A stretch of DNA of 62,628 bases from Candidatus Microgenomates bacterium (GTDB lineage: Bacteria > Patescibacteriota > Microgenomatia > Daviesbacterales > UBA10151): NCBI GenBank assembly GCA_016182045.1, contig JACOYE010000013.1:1-62628 (forward strand), written 5' to 3'. A program made the translations under genes and the position numbers. The notes beneath the pieces are model-generated. The model searched no databases, was not told the origin of the DNA, and was given only the letters and a program-made list of their open reading frames with translations. Below are positions 19,207 to 25,873 of this stretch, in pieces. The number at the start of each line of letters is the position of its first letter. Within the stretch, counting starts at the first letter, position 1.

Positions 19207-19217
19207 GGAGTCTCCTT
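19205..19217. repeat. REP palindrome AAGGAG-T-CTCCTT downstream of RAYT
   Basis: Direct reading of the sequence. Confidence 0.85.
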
Positions 19218-19223
19218 GTGAGG

Positions 19224-19907
19224 CTAAAAATCATTCTCTAAAGTCAAATCTTGAAGTATTTCAAAATCATCTTGTTCGCTTACAAAGGTTTGGTAAGAGA
19301 GTTTTGGGTTAGTTTTGGAAAAGTAATATAATACTTCATCTGGCTTTACCCATTCTGTTTTTCTTTTTCCTAAATACTCATCATATGAGCATGGTTGAGT
19401 TTGCAAGGAGTCTCCTTGCAAACTCAACGCTTGTTTATGGATATAGCGGGATAGATGAAGAAATTGATTTTCGTGAGTAATTAAAACTGCTTTGTATACA
19501 TCTTGAAATAATGAACCTACCCTGTTGTATTTACGATTAAAATACATAGTGTACCTTGTACATAATGATCTCATAAATTTATTAATTGTTTGGGCTGATT
19601 TTTGTTTAATAAAGAAATGAAAGTGATTGGGCATTAAACAATAGGCAATTAAAGATACTTCATCAGCAAAATTATTTAATCTAAGTTTTTTTAATATCGT
19701 ATCCTTTTCCCTGTAAGAAACACTTGGATCTCCAAGCATTTTTCTTAAAGTTTCCTCATCCTTGGGCAGTAAATATTCTTTTAAATATCCCAGGAATACT
19801 CCATAATCCTGTTCATCTATAAAAATTGTCCTCTTCTCAACCCCGCGATTATATAAGTGGTAATAACTATCATCTACATACATTTTCAGAGAATTACGTG
19901 CCGGCAT
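19224..19907 (-). CDS. REP-associated tyrosine transposase (RAYT, IS200-like Y1_Tnp)
   Basis: YYHLYNRGVEKRTIF, LIAYCLMPNHFHF (HUH), YFNRKYNRVGSLFQ, SRYIH. Confidence 0.92.
   Translation of the reverse strand: MPARNSLKMYVDDSYYHLYNRGVEKRTIFIDEQDYGVFLGYLKEYLLPKDEETLRKMLGDPSVSYREKDTILKKLRLNNFADEVSLIAYCLMPNHFHFFIKQKSAQTINKFMRSLCTRYTMYFNRKYNRVGSLFQDVYKAVLITHENQFLHLSRYIHKQALSLQGDSLQTQPCSYDEYLGKRKTEWVKPDEVLYYFSKTNPKLSYQTFVSEQDDFEILQDLTLENDF
19394..19428. repeat. Perfect 35-bp palindrome inside the RAYT coding sequence
   Basis: GTTGAGTTTGCAAGGAG-T-CTCCTTGCAAACTCAAC, 17-bp arms. Confidence 0.95.
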
Positions 19908-19937
19908 AATTCCATCTTACTATATTTTCATTAGGCA

Positions 19938-19953
19938 CACAAGGAGTCTCCTG
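19938..19953. repeat. REP palindrome copy upstream of RAYT
   Basis: CACAAGGAGTCTCCTG. Confidence 0.8.
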
Positions 19954-20001
19954 GCACGGTTGTGGTTGAATCGGGTTCAGGTATAACGTATCATTACCTA
20001 T

Positions 20002-21114
20002 ATGAAAATACTGATTACCGGGGCGCATTTTACACCGGCGGTGGCTTTAATAGAGGAGTTAAACAAAAGGGATGATGTGGATACTTTGTATGTTGGTAGA
20101 TCTACTACCCTTGAGGGTGACCCAACTCCTTCGCAAGAATCAAAGGTCTTACCCCAGATGGGAGTTAAATTTATTCCGATTATCAGCGGCAGATTGCAGA
20201 GGACTTTTACTCTTTACACTATTCCCTCCCTTTTAAAGATACCCATTGGAATAATCCAAGCCATCTTTATTATTTTATCCAAAAAACCTGACCTGATTTT
20301 ATCTTTTGGTGGTTATGTGGGGTTGCCTTTAGTATTTGTTGGATGGTTATTTTCTATTCCAATAATAGTTCACGAACAAACTTTAGTTTCCGGTTTGGCT
20401 AACAAAATTTCCTTCCTGTTTGCAGATAGAATTGCTCTTTCATTTGATGGATTCCACAAATTAGATGGTAAACAGATTGTAATTACTGGAAATCTAATAA
20501 GAGATAAGGTGCTTCATCCGAATTACAGCGACTTGGGGGATGAGTATCATAAATTGTTCACAATTGCCAAGAAAGAAAAGCTACCCGTAGTCTTGATTAT
20601 GGGTGGGAATCAAGGCTCACACACCATTAATAAAACAGTGGAGGGTTGTCTGGATAAACTGACAAAAATGGCATGTGTTGTCCATATAACTGGGGACAAC
20701 AAGTTTAAAGATTTTGAAAGATTGGAAGAGTTACAAGGTCATCGTTATTTAGTAAAAAAATGGATTGGTGATGAATATGGTGCAGTTTTATCAAGAGTAG
20801 ATTTTGTTATTTCCCGAGCAGGCATAAATACTCTTACCGAGTTAGCTTATCTAGGGAAACCCGCTTTGGTTATTCCCATACCCTATCTTTATCAGGATGA
20901 ACAAAATAAAAATGCCAAATATTTTGAAGGCTTAGGACTTACTAAAATATTACCTCAGGCAAAATTATCTAAAAAAACTTTAATTAAAAATATTAAATTG
21001 ATTTTAGACCAATTGGATCGGTTGAAAGAAAAAGCCAAAAAAGCCAAAAGCGTTGTTACTGCTGATGCCGCCAAAAGATTAGCATTGGAGGCTTTACTTT
21101 TAGTAAATCGTTAA
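20002..21114 (+). CDS. murG: Lipid II GlcNAc transferase MurG
   Basis: TGAHFTP, FGGYV, HEQT, GNLIR, GGNQGS, SRAG, DEQNKNA. Confidence 0.92.
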   Translation: MKILITGAHFTPAVALIEELNKRDDVDTLYVGRSTTLEGDPTPSQESKVLPQMGVKFIPIISGRLQRTFTLYTIPSLLKIPIGIIQAIFIILSKKPDLILSFGGYVGLPLVFVGWLFSIPIIVHEQTLVSGLANKISFLFADRIALSFDGFHKLDGKQIVITGNLIRDKVLHPNYSDLGDEYHKLFTIAKKEKLPVVLIMGGNQGSHTINKTVEGCLDKLTKMACVVHITGDNKFKDFERLEELQGHRYLVKKWIGDEYGAVLSRVDFVISRAGINTLTELAYLGKPALVIPIPYLYQDEQNKNAKYFEGLGLTKILPQAKLSKKTLIKNIKLILDQLDRLKEKAKKAKSVVTADAAKRLALEALLLVNR

Positions 21115-21134
21115 AGTTTGGGTATAATTAATTC

Positions 21135-21986
21135 ATGTGGAAAAGATCTAAAGGGAGGATCAAAAGGAGAAATGGAAAATTCATCAGCGGCAGTTTGTCA
21201 AAATTAATTCTAATCCTTCTCATAATTTTAATCCTAACATCCGCCTATCTTTTTATTAACTCAAATTTATTTACCATTAAAAATATCGACATTGAAGCCC
21301 ATGATATATCTTGTGTTGATAATTCTGACTTGAAGCATTCATCAAAGCTTCTTGGACAAAATTTGATCTTTACAAATTATTCAACAATAAAAAAAGAATT
21401 TACAGATAAATTTATTTGTATAAAATCTGTTGAGAGCGCAAGATTTTTCCCGGATAGAGTTAGGCTACAAGTTTTTGGTAGAAAGCCGGTTGCAAGTTTA
21501 ACCCCCCTAAAATTCGAAGAAGCAACAAGTTCTTCTGTATTGGAAAAATTTTCCTCACCGGTCGCATCAGAGAGTGCATATAAGGTAGAAGAAACAGCAT
21601 CGGACACTTATTTAGTTGATATAGAGGGAGTAATTTTTGCCAAAAATTCAGATCAAGCCGATATTCCTAAGCTTATCATTGATGAGCAAAATTTATCCTT
21701 AGGTCTAAAAGTAGCTCAAGATATAATTAAAAATTCAATACTTATTTTTGATAAACTCAACACTTTTGGAGTAGAAGTTGAAGATGCAAAAATATACTCA
21801 AAAGAATTTCTTTTAGTTAATGGAGAACCTAGAATTATTTTCAGGTTAGTTAATAATTTGGATATTCAACTTGCGTCTTTACAATTAATCTTAAATAAGG
21901 CTAAAATAGACAAAGAAAAGTTGGAATTTATCGATCTTAGATTTGATAAACCAATAGTGCGCTTTGCCCCCAAAAAAAATGGCTAA
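21135..21986 (+). CDS. ftsQ: Cell division protein FtsQ/DivIB
   Basis: TM, then POTRA-like region (RFFPDRVRLQV) and C-terminal FIDLRFDKPIVR. Located before ftsA. Confidence 0.8.
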   Translation: MWKRSKGRIKRRNGKFISGSLSKLILILLIILILTSAYLFINSNLFTIKNIDIEAHDISCVDNSDLKHSSKLLGQNLIFTNYSTIKKEFTDKFICIKSVESARFFPDRVRLQVFGRKPVASLTPLKFEEATSSSVLEKFSSPVASESAYKVEETASDTYLVDIEGVIFAKNSDQADIPKLIIDEQNLSLGLKVAQDIIKNSILIFDKLNTFGVEVEDAKIYSKEFLLVNGEPRIIFRLVNNLDIQLASLQLILNKAKIDKEKLEFIDLRFDKPIVRFAPKKNG

Positions 21987-23283
21987 AGATAAAGTAATTT
22001 GTGGAATTGATGTAGGATCATCAAAAATTGCTACTTTGATTGCTTCGGTAGATGATACCGATAGAATCAATCTAATTGGAGTCTCCTCAGTTGGTTCTAA
22101 AGGTGTTAGAAAAAATCAGGTGGTTGATATAGAAGAGACAATTGATGCTATTACTGAGTCTATTGAGGCAGCTGAGAGAATGGCAGGTTATTCAATTTCC
22201 CAAAGCTATGTGTCGGTAGGAGGACCACAAATTGAAAGTATCAACTCTCATGCAGTGGTGGCGGTTGCTCAACCTGAGGGCGAGATTAAAGAGGGAGATG
22301 TTTTAAGAGTCAATGATGCTGCCAAGGCAGTTCCTCTGGCTGCTTCCAGAGAAGTACTTCATGTAATTCCCCGTACCTTTACCGTTGATGGGCAAGAAGG
22401 TATTAGAGACCCGATTGGTATGACCGGAGTTCGTCTGGAGACCCAGACGCATATTATTACTGGATCATCAACATCAATGCGTAATCTTGTCAAATGTGTT
22501 CAGGAGGTGGGCATAGATGTTTTGGAGTTGGTCTTTGACGGCGTTGCTTCATCTTTAGCGGTTTTAACAGATACGGAGAAAGAGCTGGGAGTCGTTTTGG
22601 TGGATATAGGAGGGGAAGCCACAGATGTGGTGATATTTGTGGACGGATCTGTGGCATACTCAGCGGTTATTCCCATAGGAGCAAGACATATCACCTCCGA
22701 TATGGCAGTAGGTTTAAGGGTGTCTTTAGAATCCGCAGAAAAGATTAAGCTGTCTTTAGGAAAATCACTAAAAACACCGGCTGTTTCGGAGGAGGATAAA
22801 GAGGAAAGTTTAAAAATTTCAAACTCCGGTAAAAAGAAAGAAGAAGAGATGTTAGATATTAAATCCTTAGGAATTGAAGAAGATATTCAAAAAATATCCA
22901 GAAAAGCTGTTATTGACGGTATTATTAGGCCAAGACTGCAGGAAATTTTTAAATATGTGGGAAAGGAAATTAAAAAAAGCGGCTTTGGTACGCAAATTCC
23001 TTCAGGGTTGGTTATTTGCGGTGGTGGTGCACAAACAGTTGGAGTTTTAGATCAAGCCAAGTATGTACTGGGTTTTCCTGCCAGAATAGGCAAAATTGAA
23101 GGTCTGTCCGGTTTAATTGATGAGATAGACTCCCCCTCTTTTGCCGCCGCCGCCGGATTAATATTGTATGGAGGAGGTCAAACGCCAAAAGGTGAGTTGC
23201 ATATTCCGGTTTTATCCGGTAACTTGCCAATTAAAGGGGTAATTCAGAAAGCAGTATCATTAGTAAAATCTTTCCTGCCATAA
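21979..23283 (+). CDS. ftsA: Cell division protein FtsA
   Basis: GIDVGSSKI, DPIGMTGVRLE, VDIGGEATD, AEKIK, CGGGA. Confidence 0.96.
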   Translation: MAKDKVICGIDVGSSKIATLIASVDDTDRINLIGVSSVGSKGVRKNQVVDIEETIDAITESIEAAERMAGYSISQSYVSVGGPQIESINSHAVVAVAQPEGEIKEGDVLRVNDAAKAVPLAASREVLHVIPRTFTVDGQEGIRDPIGMTGVRLETQTHIITGSSTSMRNLVKCVQEVGIDVLELVFDGVASSLAVLTDTEKELGVVLVDIGGEATDVVIFVDGSVAYSAVIPIGARHITSDMAVGLRVSLESAEKIKLSLGKSLKTPAVSEEDKEESLKISNSGKKKEEEMLDIKSLGIEEDIQKISRKAVIDGIIRPRLQEIFKYVGKEIKKSGFGTQIPSGLVICGGGAQTVGVLDQAKYVLGFPARIGKIEGLSGLIDEIDSPSFAAAAGLILYGGGQTPKGELHIPVLSGNLPIKGVIQKAVSLVKSFLP

Positions 23284-23295
23284 ATATTTTGGGAC

Positions 23296-23325
23296 TTGAT
23301 ATTGCCGATTATTATTTGCTATATT
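23296..23325 (+). promoter_or_regulatory. Putative ftsZ promoter
   Basis: TTGATA (23296) -18 bp- TATATT (23320). Confidence 0.6.
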
Positions 23326-23338
23326 CTGCCAAGAAAGT

Positions 23339-23394
23339 ATATCAAGTATCATGTATCAGGTATCATGACACATGACCCTTGACTCATGACGCAC
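23339..23394. repeat. Period-7 array filling the ftsZ 5' leader
   Basis: ATATCAA GTATCAT GTATCAG GTATCAT GACACAT GACCCTT GACTCAT GACGCAC, then T-ATG. Confidence 0.8.
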
Positions 23395-23395
23395 T

Positions 23396-24553
23396 ATGTT
23401 AATTAAACCTGATGTACAAAGATTCGCCAAAATTAAAGTGATTGGGTTAGGCGGAGGAGGCTCTAACTCCTTAAATTCCATGATTTCTCTTCAGCAGATT
23501 CAAGGTGTGGAATTTGTGGCTGTTAACACTGATGCCCAAGCGTTAATGAACAACCAATCTCCCACCAAGGTTCAAATTGGTGAAAATTTGACCCGGGGTT
23601 TAGGCTCGGGGGGTGACCCGGAAATTGGACTTCAGGCAGCTGAGGAATCGACCCCAAAACTGCAGGATGTTTTAGGTGATGCAGATATGGTTTTTCTAAC
23701 TGCGGGCATGGGTGGGGGCACTGGAACAGGATCCATCCCTATTGTGGCCCAGATTGCCAGAGGATTGGGTGCTTTAACAGTGGCTGTAGTCACCAAACCC
23801 TTTTCTTTTGAAGGTACCAGAAGGATGGTAGTGGCAGAGGAGGGACTGGAGAAACTAAAAGATAAGGTTGATGCTTTAATAATTATTCCAAACCAAAGGT
23901 TACTCGAGACGGTTGAAAAAAATATGACACTTCAGGAGGCTTTTAAATTGGCTGATTCTGTTTTGGGTCAGGGAGTTCAAGGGATATCTGATTTAATAAC
24001 TGTGCCAGGTTTGATTAATGTGGATTTTGCAGATGTTAAGGCTATCATGGCCAATGCCGGTTCGGCTTTAATGGGAATTGGTTTGGCGGGAGGTGAGAAT
24101 AGAGCATCTGCGGCAGCCAGGATGGCAATCGCCTCACCACTCCTTGAGGTTTCTATTGAGGGAGCCAAGGGAGTGCTTTTCAATATTGTGGGAGGAGCGG
24201 ATCTTTCAATGACAGAGGTTAATGAGGCAGCCCAAATTATTGCCCAGGCTGCTGATCCGGATGCCAATATTATATTTGGAGCTACCATTAAAGAAGATCA
24301 GCTGGATCAAGTCAAAATTTCGGTAATAGCCACAGGTTTTGATGAAACCAGAAGAAGGTTGCGGGAATATGTGGGAACAGGCATCGGTTCTGCCAGCTTA
24401 CAGCCCGGATGGAGTGCTCCCTCAGATGGAGCAGATGATACTCAGACCCCACAAGCTGTAGAAAGTACCGAAGAAGAACAACCAACGCAAAAGAAGGTGG
24501 AAGAAGAGGAAGAAGATTTGGAAATCCCGGCATTTTTAAGATCCAACCGGTAA
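23396..24553 (+). CDS. ftsZ: Cell division GTPase FtsZ
   Basis: GLGGGGSN, AGMGGGTGTG, PFSFEG, LINVDFAD, C-terminal DLEIPAFLR. Confidence 0.98.
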   Translation: MLIKPDVQRFAKIKVIGLGGGGSNSLNSMISLQQIQGVEFVAVNTDAQALMNNQSPTKVQIGENLTRGLGSGGDPEIGLQAAEESTPKLQDVLGDADMVFLTAGMGGGTGTGSIPIVAQIARGLGALTVAVVTKPFSFEGTRRMVVAEEGLEKLKDKVDALIIIPNQRLLETVEKNMTLQEAFKLADSVLGQGVQGISDLITVPGLINVDFADVKAIMANAGSALMGIGLAGGENRASAAARMAIASPLLEVSIEGAKGVLFNIVGGADLSMTEVNEAAQIIAQAADPDANIIFGATIKEDQLDQVKISVIATGFDETRRRLREYVGTGIGSASLQPGWSAPSDGADDTQTPQAVESTEEEQPTQKKVEEEEEDLEIPAFLRSNR

Positions 24554-24600
24554 AAAACCTATAGTTTGAATTTGTAACTTCTTGTTGTAGAATACCTTCT

Positions 24601-25011
24601 ATGACTAGTGTAGAAAACCCAAATGAGATGTCTAAAGTGTGTACCTTAATTCTTTGTCTGAAAATGATCAGAGGAATGTGACTTAGTTCATAGATTTTAT
24701 GACCTCGATGAGAGGGACATTAGGAAGCATTAGGATAGCAATTTTAGCAGTTGGTAGCTCAACAAAGTCAGAAGAATTAAGAGAGCATCCAGTGAGAGAT
24801 ATTGATCTTCTAATTCTTAACTCTGACCCACATGGATCTGATGTTCGGTACGGAGTAGGCAGACAAATTAAGGGTTTGATAAGAAAGTTTCTTGAAAGTA
24901 GGTTCTACTTTACTTAGAAGATGACATGACATTTGGATGAGCAGATTACAAATGAGAGGAGAGAAAAAAGATACTTTAGTGTATTATATGAAGATTGATT
25001 CATCTAAATAA
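24601..25011 (+). pseudogene. Decayed nucleotidyltransferase-fold gene
   Basis: AVGSS...RDIDLLIL (GS..DxD) in 24699-24917. Upstream in-frame TAG at 24684, a frameshift near 24638, and further fragments to 25011. Confidence 0.5.
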
Positions 25012-25041
25012 ACCCCTTAAGTAAGGCTTCCATTAGAATAT

Positions 25042-25073
25042 TGACATTTTTAACCGATCGGCGGAAAATGTCA
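25042..25073. repeat. 32-bp palindromic site, left copy, overlapping the promoter of the PaaX-like gene
   Basis: TGACATTTTTAA-CCGATCGG-CGGAAAATGTCA. TTGACA at 25041 and GAAAAT at 25064 are 17 bp apart. Confidence 0.9.
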
Positions 25074-25078
25074 ATAAT

Positions 25079-25711
25079 ATGGATGAAGAGAAAATTGATA
25101 AACTTGCCAAGGTTTTAAGTAAACAAATCGATAAAGAAATCTTTGAAAGAAAGTATGCGCCAATCCGTGAAGTTTTAAAATTAGTTGGCGCAGGCGCTTT
25201 TCTAGCAGCTACTATTGCAATTCCCAACTTACCTTTAGCACTTAAGCCTTTTCTTAATTACAAAAGAAAAAATGAGATGAAAGCATGGAAAAGGTTTAAT
25301 ATCCCGTATCTTAAGAGAGCTATACAAAGATTAGAGAAACAAAAGTTGGTGGAGATAGATGTACAAGACGGCATCCAAATTGTCAAAATTACAAATCAAG
25401 GTAGACAAAAAATAATTAAATTTGCTTTAGATGAGTTAGAAATAAAAAAACCTAAGATCTGGGATAGGAAATGGAGACTAATAAGTTTTGATTTACCAGA
25501 AAAACTGGTAAGGATTAGGAAAATTTTGGTAGAATACCTTATTGCTTGGGGATTTTACCCACTGCACAAAAGCGTTTATCTCCATGTCTATCCTTGTCTT
25601 AAAGAAGTGGACTTCTTGAGAGAATACTTAGGAGTAAGCAAATATATTAGAGTTTTTGTAGTAAGTACCGTTGAAAATGATGAGATATTTAAAGATTACT
25701 TTGGTGTATAG
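25079..25711 (+). CDS. PaaX-like protein: winged HTH plus Cas2-like (ferredoxin-fold) domain
   Basis: LKRAIQRLEKQKLV...ITNQG (wHTH), then WDRKWRLISFDLPE...GFYPLHKSVYL (PaaX central / Cas2-like). Confidence 0.88.
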   Translation: MDEEKIDKLAKVLSKQIDKEIFERKYAPIREVLKLVGAGAFLAATIAIPNLPLALKPFLNYKRKNEMKAWKRFNIPYLKRAIQRLEKQKLVEIDVQDGIQIVKITNQGRQKIIKFALDELEIKKPKIWDRKWRLISFDLPEKLVRIRKILVEYLIAWGFYPLHKSVYLHVYPCLKEVDFLREYLGVSKYIRVFVVSTVENDEIFKDYFGV

Positions 25712-25715
25712 CTAG

Positions 25716-25747
25716 TGACAAAAATAACCGATCGGCAAATTTTGTCA
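25716..25747. repeat. 32-bp palindromic site, right copy
   Basis: TGACAAAAATAA-CCGATCGG-CAAATTTTGTCA, starting 5 nt after the stop codon. Confidence 0.9.
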
Positions 25748-25873
25748 AAAATTTTATAATTGCTCAAGAATACCGCGCCCTTTCACGGGTGGGGAAGATT
25801 CATTTTAATGGTATATTATATTTCTAATCAGTTGCTAGTCTCTGATTTCATATTCTGATAAAATATCTCCATT

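Larger units (their letters stand above)
19204..19954 (-). mobile_element. REPtron: RAYT (Y1 HUH) transposase gene with flanking and internal REP palindromes
   Basis: CAAGGAGWCTCCTTG-type palindromes at about 19205, 19404 and 19940 around and inside the transposase. Confidence 0.8.

Noticed and set aside
19224-19907. IS200/IS605 insertion sequence
   Set aside because: No tnpB and no IS-type subterminal ends. Motifs (YNRG, MPNHFH) and flanking palindromes fit RAYT.
25039-25747. CRISPR-Cas locus suggested by the Cas2-like domain and two 32-bp repeats
   Set aside because: Only two repeats, separated by a 640-bp gene rather than spacers, and no cas1 or effector gene in the window.
25798-25826. 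dif-like site (TAATGGTATATTATATTT)
   Set aside because: The central region would be 7 bp instead of 6 and the XerD arm matches poorly. It reads better as an extended -10 (TGgTATATT) upstream of ileS.
25770-25873. T-box or other riboswitch upstream of ileS
   Set aside because: The leader is too short and has no T-box or antiterminator motif. Only a weak hairpin (CGCCC..GGGTG) is present.
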